Assembly: GCF_006345805.1 (NCBI RefSeq)
Contig: NW_021834409.1
Location: 1,650 to 65,649 of the forward strand
Direction of reading: 5' to 3'
Origin: Octopus sinensis
Lineage: Eukaryota
Length of the DNA stretch: 64,000 nucleotides
The notes under the pieces were generated by a model that saw nothing but the letters and a program-made list of their open reading frames with translations, did not search any database and was not told the origin of the DNA. Positions 49,280-62,343 of the stretch are shown here, piece by piece. Position 1 is the first letter of the stretch. Every line of letters starts with the position of its first letter. A program made the position numbers and the translations under genes.

Positions 49280-52200
49280 TGGAACCTCACAATGCCACAA
49301 GAGCTAATGGTGTTAAAGAAGATCTTGTTGGTGATGCTGCCAAAACTAACTTGCATTCTCTTTCTGCGATCATCGGAATGTCAATGGTGTCTCTGAAGGC
49401 GAATGGGTGTCTCAGATTGCCTTTGCCGCGAAGCAAAGACTTGGAAGGATGCCAAGAGGTGGTTGGAACCTTGTCCGGAGAAGTTCAATGAGAAGTACTC
49501 GGCAAAGTGCTCTAGTTTATGCCAACTAAAGAGCATGGCTAGACGGAATAACAATGTGCAAGGGAGATGCGACTCTTCCAGAGTGCAAGATGATGTGGAC
49601 GTAGAAATTTCCAGTTTCAGAAATTGCCTAGAGGACTCAAATTCCAAATTGGGAAAGTTCAGTCTATTCAGAGAGACTCTCGAAAGCCAACTCCAAAGGT
49701 GCAACGAAGGATGGTAAAAACTGATATCCTGGCTGGATTAAATTCTGCAATTTATCATATTACAAAAGATGATCCGCCCCAAGATATTAATCAAATTACC
49801 GATATTCTATATGCTGCACAGTGTGCTTATTTGGCCTTAACTACGAAAGCCAGACCACAGAGCACATGGTTGGAAAACACGGAAGAAAAATCTCTAAATT
49901 AGCAGATGAAATTGACACAGTTCGTTCCTTCTCCAACAAACCTTGCCTCAGGCAGAAAAGCAAAAGGCAATGGATGTTCTCTGCCGCTACGGATATAAGA
50001 AGTCTAAGAAGGGGGAGCTAATCAGAATTGAGACTCTATTGAATGATCTAATTAGAATCAAAAGAAACAGATATCTATCCATTCCTCGAGGAAAATTTCC
50101 GGAAAGACAATGCGTGTTTTGAATTAACCGCAGAAGATTTTATCGAAACTTATCTTCGAGCAACGAAGCCACCCTGTATGGGTTTGGTGATGGTGAGTGC
50201 TTATCATTTTGGGAAGATGTCTGGAGCAAGAAAAATATGGGGCCCGTAGTTTATGATTTTGTGGGTGTGAGTGTACTGGCGGTGAAACCATGCGACCTCA
50301 ATTCACAAGTGATTTTATTATGGATATGCTCAAATATGCACCTGACTGGAAGGCATGCGGATGCGACGGACGTATAACTTTTTCTTAAGAAGATGGATTC
50401 TTTGCATGGGTTTCTGTGTAAAGAGATAGTCCGAATAATTAATGGAGAGTACACGCCTGATAGCTGGTTTTACACTGGCGTAACTTACTTGATCCCTAAA
50501 AAAGTGAGTGTGAGACCCCGAAGGACTTACGCCCTATAACGTGTATGCCAACTTTGTATAAACTTGTCACCAATGTGTTAATGCCAAACTGGCCGATTTC
50601 ATCGAGGTATTTGGCTAATCTCAGATAATCAGCTTGGGACGAGAAAGCAATGTCAAGGCGCCAAAGAGCAAGCCCTCATTAACCAATGCTTAAATAAGGA
50701 GTATGGAAATGGCCTCTATTCTGCTTGGGTCGATGTGAAGAAGGCATTTGACTCATTTGATCACGAGTTCTTGTTCCACGTATTGGATTGCTCTGGATAC
50801 CACATTGGATTGTCAGCTTTGTAAAGAACATAGTCAAGAAGTGGACAGTAAACTTACATATCGATGGGAAAAGAATTGGGAAAGTAAAGTTAAGCCGGGG
50901 AATACTCCAAGGAGATTCATTGTCCCCGCTGCTATTCGTTATGGCGATGGATCCCCTAAGCAGGATGCTTAACTCCATGTTTCCCAAACTCGAAATTAGT
51001 CGGAAGATCCCTATATGTTGACATACTCCACCAATCATTTCTTCTTTATTGACGATCTGAAAATAGTTGCCCTCAAAGAAGATGTGTTAGTCAAAATGAT
51101 GGAGGCTGTTAATGGATTTTTTGAAAGTGTCGCCTAGAGATGAATTCCGAAAAATCACATCTAATGTGGAATCTTTATCATGCTGTGAGACTGTCGATGG
51201 AATCAACGGATATCGCTACTTGGGTGTACTTGAAGATGGCGGAAGTAATGTTCTCAAGATAAAGTTATGGACTCCATATTGGAGAATGTCAAGAAGAGGA
51301 TAACTATGTTGTCAAAAACAAACCTGAATGCTGTAAATTTGTTTCGTGGAATCAATGATATGCATTATCCCTATATATTATTATATTGGGCTAATCAATA
51401 TTGAACCTTACGAATTTGATGAGATTGACCAACAAATACGCCCGATTACTTACGACTCTCAAGTTACACCTCCAGCCTGCAAATAAGGAGAGGTTGTATT
51501 TGGACCGCAAGACCCTTGGAAGAGGACTTGCCTCAATTTCTTTCAAAAGCGAATTATGCTCTTCCAGTTTCTTAAAAGTTTGGAAAAACAGTCGACTACC
51601 TGTCTGCGGAGGTCGGGTATTCTGCGAGTAATAAAAGGAAAAAAATGGCACTTAGCCCAATCGCAGAATTTCTTGTCTCCAAATATGCAGCTGTCGGCAG
51701 GGAAATCTGACCATTGAGTTACTGAAGGACGCACAAAGGAAACTCTTGCTTAACCGAATTAACAGTAAATCACTACACTCGGTGATGTTCAATGTATGGA
51801 GGGATCAGATGTCGACATATCTACTTCTTCGCAATGGCTATCGAAAGGGAACAATGGTCCACGAAGCGAAGCATTGTACTGTCTTTTGCAAGATAGGAAT
51901 TTGTTCTTTGCATACACGGGATCACTATGCGTCCACTGCAAAAAAGCAGGCAGACTGTGTGACCATCTAGCCACGCGGTGTGGTAGGATGCTAAACAGTG
52001 ATTATCTCCGAAGACACAACGAATGGTAAAGTGTATTCATCTCCACTTGTGTCGATGTATGGAATAAAACGAAGCAGGAAATTGAAAGGACATTCAGTCG
52101 TGTCAACAATGTCGACCCAAAATGTCGAAATCAGAGTTGACACTTCAATTATGACTGAAACAAAGGTTCAATTCAATAAACCTGATATCTTCGTTTATGA

Positions 52201-52560
52201 CAAGAGGAAAGAGAATTCATTTAATCGAAGTGGGAGTTACCTCGCAAGACCGTTTAAAAAGCATTTGAAGTGGAGAAATTTCACAAATATGACCTGCTTG
52301 CAAACGAACTGTCGGTTCTCTATGAAGCAAAAGTGAAGATTATTCCAATTGTCTTGCCATGGGATGGAGTTGTCTCAAAGTTCTTTAAAGTCATATGGAC
52401 AATTATCCTTGAAGAAGGAACGAGGACATACATCCAGTCGGTTTGCTGAAGAGGACTCTATAGAGTATGCTTATTGAACACAGACATGGGATGAAGGTAG
52501 ACAACGAGGAGTACGCTCTGCCGCCAATCAACTTGCGGAGCGGCATGGCCGTAGGACACT
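49280..52560 (+). mobile_element. Near-complete but multiply frameshifted R4/NeSL-like RLE retrotransposon
   Basis: RPITCMP.LYKL, VDVKKAFDSFDH, GILQGDSLSPLLFV, FIDDLK, LGRGL, CVHC...DHLATRC, KPDIFVYD...EVG. Confidence 0.85.
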
Positions 52561-53669
52561 CAGTTGAACAATTCTTTGACTAGAAATGGAAAATATGATA
52601 ATTTTGTTGCAAAAACTTCTTCCAAGCGAAGAAGAGAAATCACTGACATCTTGGATTCTTAATAATTTAAGATAGAATTTACATAATTAATTTTTATTAA
52701 ACATGTCTTGTGATTTTTAATTTCTTAAAATTATAACTTTTATTTATTTTGATAAAAATTATTTATTTTTTATAAAAATTTTTAAGAGATTCCAGTTTTT
52801 TATGAAAAAACAAACATTACATTTTGAAGCTTCAAATTAGGAAAAATACTCATAAGATTGATGCTTTGTTTAACGGATCAATATTAACAAAAAAAATGGA
52901 GGATTTATTTTTAGAAAAAAATTGTCACATTTGAACGTTTTGTGACGTATGCACAAATTTGTTGATTTTACAGAAACTTTAGCTTTAGTATTTTAACGTG
53001 TTACTGAAATTAATTTGAGGACACTGAAAAAAACAGTAGTCCATGCCGATTACAAATCTGGAATTCTCAAAGTGATGGTTAAAAGTTTATTCCGAAAGTG
53101 TATTGTGAAAATTAAAAAACACCGTTGAGAAGATAAAAGATATTAAAGCTGAAAATCTATCAAAAATACGATTGATTAAGGCTTTTATAATTATTTATTC
53201 CTCAAATCGATAATAAAGAATTGATTGAACTCTTTAAGTTTTTAAAAATAACAAAATAAAATCAACTTGCTGGATTATTAGTTGACGAATGACGATTATC
53301 AACCATGAGTGAATGTTAATTATTTAACTATTATTGTTTATAATGAAAAACATAAAAATACACACGTGCAGTACCCGGAGTAATTTTATTCTTTTGTCTT
53401 TTTCATTTTAGCATATTAAATGAAATAATCATCAGTGCAGGGTAGTGCACAGGATTTGCAGTTTATGTTTGGGAAAAAGCGACATTATTTTTCTTAAGAC
53501 ATTTATAAAGCTGTAACAAATGAAAAATACAGAAAAGAAACATTTAGTCTAATATCAAGGGAAATCGAACATTTTCAAGGTGCGGGAAAATGTTGAAGAG
53601 ATATTAAAAAACATACAAAATGATCTGAATTAAAATAAAAAAGCTTATTAGTTAAGATTAAGTAAAGAT

Positions 53670-54640
53670 TAATGAATTAATAAAAAATATTATACCAGAC
53701 TAAAATTTCCATTGATTAGCTATTTATATCTGTAATTTAAAAGTTACCTAAAACTGGCCACATGGCCAATGCATAAGCAATCTTTCATGTTACTGTAAAA
53801 TTCTGCGGAAAGACAGACCATAAAATGAATGCTTAAATGCAACCCTCATTGGTTGCGGGGCATAAAAAGGAAACGTTTTTATTTTTAACATTCAGAGAAT
53901 CAAATTTCAATAAAATGTATTATTAGAGATTAGTTAGATTTTAATTTATATAAACAGCTCTGTTCATGGCTGTCTTAAACAGCCCTGTCAATTACAATGG
54001 AATTCAGCATTGCTAATTAACATGAGCCAAAATAATATTTGATGGGGCTTCTTATATTTCACGTATCCACGTATTTCGTTTGTAGCTAAAAAAAAGTATA
54101 GTTCATTGTGCATTGGAGTCACCAGTTTACTAACTCAGTTAAAGTTTGATAACTTAGTTTTGAACATTGAGCTCTTCAACCTCCTTGTAGTGGATCACTT
54201 GATGGCAATGATAAAAAACTCAAAGTGATTTTTTTCTTTTTAGTATGATTATGCGTTGACTTGAGTGGTCAGTTGATCGTGAATATAAGTAAGGTGTCAC
54301 AAACGGGGATACAGAAAAAAAACGTGTATTCTATATCAGAGCAGAATCAAACGTCACTGAGGTATGGAAAATGTTGAACAAAAATATGGAATATAAAAAC
54401 AGCTCATTTTCCAGAATTAACTAATGATTGACGGATTAATTGAAATATTGTAGCAGACTAAAACTATGATTGATTAGCTTTTTACTTGTAGTTTAATAGT
54501 AAGCAATTAATGGCCGCATGGCCATATGGATAGTAATCCATAAACTCAAGACTCATATAACAAAAAAACATATAAATGCGACTCCAATAAAAAGCGACCT
54601 TCAGTGGTTGCGGGGCATAAAAAGGAAAAGCCTATTTTTA
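53670..54640 (+). repeat. Two diverged direct copies of a ~220-bp module (53670-53880 and 54420-54640)
   Basis: Shared CAGACTAAAA, ATTGATTAGCT, TGGCC.CATGGCCA and an identical 24-mer TGGTTGCGGGGCATAAAAAGGAAA at 53850 and 54605. Confidence 0.6.
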
Positions 54641-55189
54641 ACACCAAAAAATTAAATTGGCATGTATAGTGTGCTGAAACAATTAAATCATATGTTTATT
54701 TATCAAACTTCAAATGAATAATATTTAGTTTAAAAAATTTTTGACCGTTCGAGATTTTGAATTTCAGGTCAGTGAGAAGGTAAACAATCTGACAAATCTT
54801 TCATCTTTCGTTTTGAAAAAAGAAGACTTGGGAAAACAGTACTTTTCTGACAAAAACAAGACTGTCAAGTGAACAAAGCGAGATTCTTACAAAAAATCGA
54901 GTACGAGGTCTTTGAATGACTTGGTTAAAGAAGAATGCTATCTTCGGCATACAAGCTGATGCACGCGAGGATTTCTTCTCGGGTGATTAAGGATGTCTGA
55001 GATCCCCATTTTTAAAATAATAAAAATGACTGTACATTTTTCTAACAAAAATTTTGGAATATTTTAAAATCGAAAATAATTTTATAAACACTTTTCACTC
55101 AAAAATGACAAACAACAGAAAATTATCAATAATGTGGTCTATAACGTCCCCGGGTCAGCTCAAAGACCTCTCGGAAAAAATGTTTTACT

Positions 55190-55520
55190 AACGTGATAAG
55201 AGTAATTTACGCCGACAATATTGATCTCGTTTTTTAGATCAGAACTCACTGGAAACTTATTAAAAGTGATCCTACTCTAAAACAATTAAAACTACTTGTA
55301 CAAATTTGCTGGCAGAAACAGATGAGCAACGATAAACTCTACAGAACTACTCATACATCCAAATTGCAAAAATGGTCCAAAATAGCAATTTTTATTATTT
55401 TTTTACGTGCTACTTTACATCCACGCTCGACCATGAACTATTTTCTAAGTAAAACCACAAGAAAAAAACTGGAATCAGTAGATGATATGGACAATCTGAG
55501 AAATCTTCTATAAAACTGGG
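55190..55520 (+). mobile_element. Collapsed RTE-like remnant
   Basis: VIYADNID, ICWQKQMSNDKLYR, KLESVDDMDNLR. Confidence 0.5.
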
Positions 55521-56295
55521 GAAAGAGGGAACAACTGATAGTGCTTATCCTGATTTCCATGGTAAAAGTGGAATTTTAATTGACTTCTGATTTCGCAAGA
55601 ATTTTATTGAAAAAAATAAAGTGAGTGCAACCTGAAGGAAATCAGAAAGCAAAAATTAATAATTTTAGGAAATGCTTTAAAGATTTTTGTTAATAAATTG
55701 TAAGAATATATAAAAGTAGTTAAACATCCCTCTTAATACATAAAAAAGTCAAAGGCAAACTCTTAAAGACGACATTCTAACTTTACTCGATAAAGAAACA
55801 TAATTCAGGCATTAATGATATCATTTATTTAATAAGCTTACAAATGTAAAGGAAAACCTAGACAGATTTCTAAAGCTAAGTGAAATAAGGAATTTTACAG
55901 CACAGGTTGACATTGTGTTTTCAAACACTTCCCCGAGTGTATTAAAAAGCAAATCAACATACACAAAACTTTTCCGAACTAAACAAATTAGAAGAAAATT
56001 ACATTTTTAGACGGTAAAGTTATAGCTAACTTGTAAACTTGTTGAACAATCTTACAAATCATCACTAAATACCATGATTGAGACTGCTTAAATTAAGAAG
56101 AGAGGATTGAACTGTATGTGTTTGTTGATTTAACATAGAAACGATTGTTTCCAAATTTCGAAGATTATCAGTCTCATAGAGACTATGAAGTTCTCACATA
56201 AGCATTAAAACGGAAGAAAACATTTGCTAGGTAAAATCTAAACTATTTCGATTGTTGAAAATATGTTCTACTATAAGAATCAGAAACAGATAGAC

Positions 56296-56378
56296 GCACA
56301 AGTGGCCGAGTGGTTAAGGCGGTAGCCTAGAAAGCTATTGGGATTCATCCCGCGCAGGTTCGAATCCTGCCTTGTGCG
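56296..56378 (+). tRNA. tRNA-Ser: tRNA-Ser (anticodon AGA)
   Basis: GCACAAG/CTTGTGC acceptor stem, D arm GCCGAGTGGTTAAGGC, anticodon loop CT-AGA-AA, long variable arm, GGTTCGAATCC T arm, followed by TTTT. Confidence 0.95.
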
Positions 56379-57136
56379 TTTTATTATTTCAATATTAATT
56401 TTATTTTATTATTGCATTTTTAAAATTAATTTGCCTGCGACATGAGTGCCTTAAACATTCTGAAAAACATAAATGATGGCCATATCTCAGGTACCGTTAC
56501 TAAACACATTCATCTCCCACACTCTGCTGTGATCACCATTCCATTTTTATTATAAAACATATCCCATATTTTGGACAGCCTCGACTATCCATGTTCTCAA
56601 GATAACTTTGTTTGACGACTCGTTTTTCATATAAAAACAATTTGAGCTTCATCAAAAAAGCTCAATACTATCTATCCACAAGCAAGATATATAAGCTAAA
56701 AATTCGTTATCTTATTTTGTACTAAACAAATCATATTAAATCTATGCACATGATAAGAATCACCAATAGACAAGGCAATTGGAACTCAAAAAAATGGCAC
56801 GGAAAATAGTCCAACTGATACCCAGAGTATTCTGAGTTATGCAGAAATGAACGTAAGTTGAGATAAAACACAGACCTAACAAAAAATATTCAATAATAGA
56901 CAATGAATAAAACAAAAAAGCACAAATGGAATGTTGCCAGTACACTATAATAACCAAAAAAGTGTCAATCTAAAAACTAGTGACCCAGCTGTGCTTGAGA
57001 GTGTAGAAATTACTTGTCCCTTCTGAACCTTCATCACCCTTCTAATCACAACACCTACTTTGGACAGACAACTAAAATTGTGGAATCTTCCCTTACTACT
57101 TATTCGTAATAATTATATATATAAGTAGAATTAAGA

Positions 57137-58176
57137 CTAAAAAGCAAAATCATCACAAAAAACTAAATAAATCCTTTTAGCCAACTCCGTGCCCAACCTC
57201 CTCTTACTTTCCAGGACTCCTGCCACCCTCCGAACCTACAATATTAACCCCCCAAACCTCGATAGCTGCCAATCTATCCACCGCATCAACCGCACTGCAC
57301 TCCCAACACAAATCCACGACTGATCTCACCGTCGGAAACTCCTCCATGATACACAACGACAAATCACGTGACACTCCTGGAATTTTCTCGAGGACCTTCC
57401 CCCAACTCTGACTCCATTTGTTCTCCACGGTCCCCCAATTGTTCGTATCGGATATATAGGCGCCAAAACAAGTTCGTAATTTTTCCATTTCTAACCTGGA
57501 AATTTGAGGATAAAATTGACACTTTTTTGGGGCTTCGGCTATTGATTTTGTGATTTGACGAGTCAAAGTTGCCGCGTCTTTTTGACCACTTGCAAAATAA
57601 ATTGATAGAAAGTTCATTTTTAAAAGTAAAGTGTCTATTTTTTGCTACAAATAGGAAATGAATTTTACTTGATCTCTGTCAGTAATTGACTTTTTCTTAT
57701 CATTTCTAATTATTTATAATTATATTATATATACTTTATAACAATAATAATAATTTTAGAAGAATTAAATAGATATTTAAATTGTTCAATATGCATTTCG
57801 ATCTCGTTGTTGTTATTTATAATATTACAAAAATCGGTCAAATTAAAATATAAAAGAACAAAATCCTCCAATTTATAACTCCATTTGAGATCCTAATAAG
57901 TATAATCAACATGACCAACCTTGTATGTTTGTCCACAGTCGAGGGGAGTCTTCCTTTGCCATTGAATGACTTTATGTGCTCCTGAATGAGAGAAATCTAT
58001 CATTTCTACTCCACAAATAAGCATTTCTTCCTTTATTAGAGCCCGCATTTCGCTTTCTATGTTTTCTGAGACCATTATTTGCATGTACTACATCAGTTCA
58101 TGTTTATTACCTTAAGGCACTTGGTTAAATCTAGTGATTTCTTTAGCTCGTTTATATATATCTTATTTGTAGACAT
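57137..58176 (-). CDS. EME1: Crossover junction endonuclease subunit EME1-like, 295 aa, 7 exons
   Basis: Introns at 58088-58110, 57893-57919, 57706-57734, 57645-57668, 57496-57522 and 57236-57257 give an 888-nt open CDS. Motifs KCLK|YMQI, QWQRK, ITKSIAEAPKK, IPGVSR...IMEEFPT, VRRVAGV..KRRLGTELAKRIY. Confidence 0.85.
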
Positions 58177-58444
58177 TGATGGTCCCACCTCGATCAAAAA
58201 TTTAAATATATTTATTTATTAATAATTTATAATACATCATTGAAAAATATATTATTTTAAATTAAAGTTAATATATAATTGATAATTGGGGAAAGAAATT
58301 TGAACACGTAGTTTTCATTTTTTGCAAGATTTTCATGATTCTTTAGGCCAAATTTTAGAAAAAAATTCATTTAATAAAAATTTAAATATTAATAAAATAA
58401 TTAAAATATAATATTTTTTTAAATTATGTATAAAATAATTTTAA
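58177..58444. promoter_or_regulatory. Putative bidirectional promoter between head-to-head EME1 and SLC35B2
   Basis: 268-bp very AT-rich spacer between the two predicted start codons; inferred from geometry only. Confidence 0.5.
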
Positions 58445-59806
58445 ATGGATAAATCCTTGTTGTCACTAGGACAACTTTGTGTAAAACTGGTGGAGTATTT
58501 ATTGTTCTTATCTCCATTGCTAATAATCTCATATTTATCTAAAAAATATAATCTAAATAGTATAAAATGAAATATTAAAATTCAGAAATTAAATTTTTTG
58601 GAAAATGTTTTAAATTCATAAATTCAGAATTTGAAAAGCCAATTCTCGCCGAGAAAATTGTGGATCAATATGACACACAAAGCCAACAAAAAAACTCAAT
58701 AAAACATTTTATTATCTGCAGTTTTGGATTAATAGTAAATTAATTAAATATTAATTAATTAATTAGACATCTTATTTAATTTGGGGACTCATGCAGGAGA
58801 CAATAATGACTCACAACTACGAATTCTCAGGTCAACCACCAAAAAATATTTCTGATACAAAAAAGTTTGAAAACGTGCAATTTCTTGTTTTTATTAACAA
58901 AATATTCCCATTTTTATTCGGGTCGATTTGTACAATCATTTTTGTGAACGAAGGGAAAGGAGGAGCCCAGCTGTATAAATATTCGCTCTGTTCTCTCTCC
59001 AATATTGTCAGCAGTTATGCACAGTACGAGGCCCTCAAATACCTCATCTTCCCCCTGCAGGCCTGCCTTTGAGGTTATGGCGTAGGTCTTGGCCAAGTCT
59101 TGCAAGATTATTCCTGTTATGATTGTCGGGGGTGTTATGAATGGAACTAAATATACGCGGGAAAATTATGTTGAAGCTGTGTTTTTTATTATTGGGGTTT
59201 ATTGTTGTTTTTTGTTATTTATTTTTTTGTATATTTTTTAATTTTTTAGTTGGTTGTGTATTTTTTAAATACACGTATTCAAATTGGTGGCGGGAATTAT
59301 TTCTCTTTTGGTGGTTTAATTTTACTTTTTGTATATTTATTGTTTGATTCATTTACTTCTAATTGGCAGAAGAGAATATTCGACTCTACACAAGTCTCCC
59401 CCTTCCAAATGATGGTCCTCATTTCGTCTATTTATCTTTTATAGGCTGGAGTTAACTTTTTCTCTTGTTTACTAACATTTTTACAAATGTCAACAACTCT
59501 TGAACTCAGAGACTCGATATTGTTTCTGTACTCACACAAGACAATATTGAGCCATGTATTCATTCTGGCAGCCAGCGGATTGATAGGACAATTTTTTATT
59601 TTTCAAACAATCAAAAAAGTGTGATTTATGGAAATATTGTATAGTTAGGACCGCGGACTTTTTCCATGATTGTTTCCGTCAGGCAGGTCATTTCGGTCCT
59701 GCTCTCCTGTGTCATATTTGATCATGAAATTAATGTGTGGTCAGTCCTTGGAATTGGGATTGTCTTTTCAACTTTATTTTGGAGTGTTTGTCGTAAAAAG
59801 AAATAA
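58445..59806 (+). CDS. SLC35B2: PAPS transporter 1 (SLC35B2/slalom-like), 389 aa, 7 exons
   Basis: Introns at 58560-58585, 58735-58766, 59061-59085 (GC-AG), 59197-59249, 59415-59444 and 59619-59644 give a 1170-nt open CDS. Motifs SYLIWGLMQE, QFLVFIN, YSLCSLSN...QYEALKY..FPLQ|VLAKSCKIIPVM, FDSFTSNWQ, GQFFIFQTI, RQVISVLLSC. Confidence 0.9.
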
Positions 59807-60209
59807 TTAATTTTTTTTGTTTTATTTAAAATTGTTTGTTAACTATTCACGACTTTTAGTGGTTTTTAATTTTTTGTCTTACGTACTCACTTTAAATAAT
59901 TTTTCGCGTATTCCTTTTATAAAACTAGGGAAAAAAAGTATTGAATTAGTAATATGGATGGCGTTGTTTATTAACGACTATTTTAATATTTCTGAAATAC
60001 ACGCCTGAATATCATTTTTCTAAACTGTAGATTTCCCCCTGTATATGTTTTACATTTTCATTGACAAATTTTATCTTATATCGGAAACCAGAGTTACATC
60101 CAAGCATCGCTGATGTTCTGTCTGTGGTGAATGCAGTAGGATTGTGGCACAATATCCTATCATTAATAAGAATTGAAAATGTTTATTTTGTTTCAAAAAA
60201 CAATTAACA

Positions 60210-60901
60210 GCATCAATTGTGCCTGTCAACCCCACTCGGGCGATTGGCTTGACGCTTTGCCGATTTCCTCTGCTGGAATGTTGCTGGACGACGAATCTGT
60301 CCGCATCGGAATCTGTTTACGGCTTGGCATAGAGATTTGCCAGCCGCACCATTGCAGATGTGGACAACTCATTGACAGGAGAGGTTTACACCCTCTCTCT
60401 TGTCGCCTCAGTGCCGGCAGGATCCCCAGGCACGCCTCATTGAATGACGTTGTGAAGCGCGCGCTTAACGCCGCTGGATTTCCCTCGATGTTGGAACCGA
60501 TAGGACTAGACCGTGGAGATGGAAAACGCCCTGACGGGTCGACCTTATTCCCGTTCAGGAAGGGAATGGCACTCGTGTGGGATGTTACCTGCGTAGACTC
60601 ATTTTCTCCTTCATCGTTGGTCGACTCCGCTTCTCGTCCTGGATCTGCATCTGGCCTTGCCGAATCTAGGAAAACTGCTAAATATGCCTCTTTGACCGAT
60701 ACCTGCTGCTTCATTCCCCTGGCTTTCGAGACCAGTGGGATAATTGGACCCAAAGCCCTCAAACTCCTCTCAGAGATTGGTTCAATCATCTCGAGGAGGA
60801 GTCACGACAGTCGTGAAACGAGCTGGCTTTTTCAGCGGATATCGTTCGCGATATTACGTGGAAATTGCCTGTCCATCCGCTCGGCGACTCATCTAGTTTA
60901 G
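60210..60901 (+). mobile_element. CRE-like 3' portion (CCHC + RLE), open reading frame
   Basis: HSGDWL, CRCG..D..GLHPLSC, RHASLND, KRPDG, WDVTCVD, AESRKTAKY, FETSG, FQRISFAILRGN. Confidence 0.9.
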
Positions 60902-61069
60902 TTAACTTTTCTTCTCTAATTTTCTTGTTTCAAAAAAAAAATTAATTTATATTAACTATAAACTCGGTGAAGATTTTATCGTAATAATAATAATAATAAT
61001 CGTCTAAATAATAATAATCGTCTAGCCGATATTTGTGAAAACATCCTGGATCTTTGACCATCCACTCTC

Positions 61070-61180
61070 TTTTTTGTTAGACGGTATTGTTGATCTCTGT
61101 GTGCTCAAAGGACTTTCGTGAGACCCAATGGCTGTTTCAGTATCTTTCATTAGAACTGCCTAGCGATTCTATCCGTTGAG
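61070..61180 (+). mobile_element. CRE-like extreme 3' fragment
   Basis: KDFRETQWLFQYL...TA.RFYPLS; decayed version of the CRE terminus. Confidence 0.55.
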
Positions 61181-61719
61181 CTGTATGACCTTTTTTGTAA
61201 TTTTATTCGTTTTATTTTGACAATATTAATTAAATTTAAAATATCCGACCTTTTGTGTTTAACGTAATGAATAAATGAAAAAATTCTCGCAATCGTATGC
61301 GTTTTTTGCTTTTCCGATTCGATATAAAATCGTGTAAAAAATTTTTAATAATAGAAAATTAATGCTAGACTTGAATTAATCATTTATTTGCCAAACAATA
61401 TCTTTTTTGTCTTTAAAAAATCATTTAGTGTTCAGATAGTCTCGGAATGATTCGAAATTTGATAAAATAATACAAGATTCAGGAAAAAAATTCATGGTAG
61501 ATATGGATGTTTTACACCGTTTTTAACTATAAATTGAAATCCATAGTCTAAATAATTATCATAATTTAGTATTACGAAAAAAGAATTCGGTCAAATGTTA
61601 AAAGGGACGGGAAGCCGACACAATCGAGAAAAAATTATAGCGTACTATCATTGTATTTCAGAATTTTATAAGAAATACTATACCATTTTCAGTTCAATTT
61701 CGACAATAAAATGTTACTA

Positions 61720-62013
61720 AGTTCTTCTATAAGAAGAACTGATGGCGATCCTGTTTCTCCTCACTATTGCTTGAAACACTTTCTGGATGAGCCATCTCGT
61801 CTCCAGAGGATTGTGTGTTCTCCAGGTCTTGAGACGTCCAATACACTTGAGGAAGCACAACGACTTCTTCCCAATAGATCCCAGGGTTTCTACAGCAACC
61901 GGTCGGAAAACGTAACGATCGGTGAGCTTATCATATTTCTTCTTGATGTCCTCTGCTTTATCCGCAGCTGTGCCAGCATTGCAGGCACTTTCCAACATGT
62001 TTGTCTTGGACAA
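61720..62013 (-). mobile_element. CRE-like 3' fragment
   Basis: ADKAEDIKKKYDKLTDRYVFRPVAVETLG...ETRWLIQKV..AIVRRN. Confidence 0.85.
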
Positions 62014-62343
62014 TTTTTATGATTATTTTGATTATACAATATTCAATTTTGACATTTTCTATATCAATTTTAACAATTCTACATTCAATTTTGACAATGC
62101 GATAAACAATAGTGATATTTGTTGCATCAATTTAACACTACGATATTCAATTTTTAAATAGCAAACTAAATGAGATTAAATAAGATTTCTACTAATCCCA
62201 CTTAGTTTGTGATTAATCCCATTTAGTACGAGAAATGTGATATTTTATTAGTAATTTAATTATGATTTGTATTGTTCTAGCACTTAATACAGCTCAAAAG
62301 GAATGTTCCCATGTTAATAAAAGTATTAGAAACAGATTAAATG

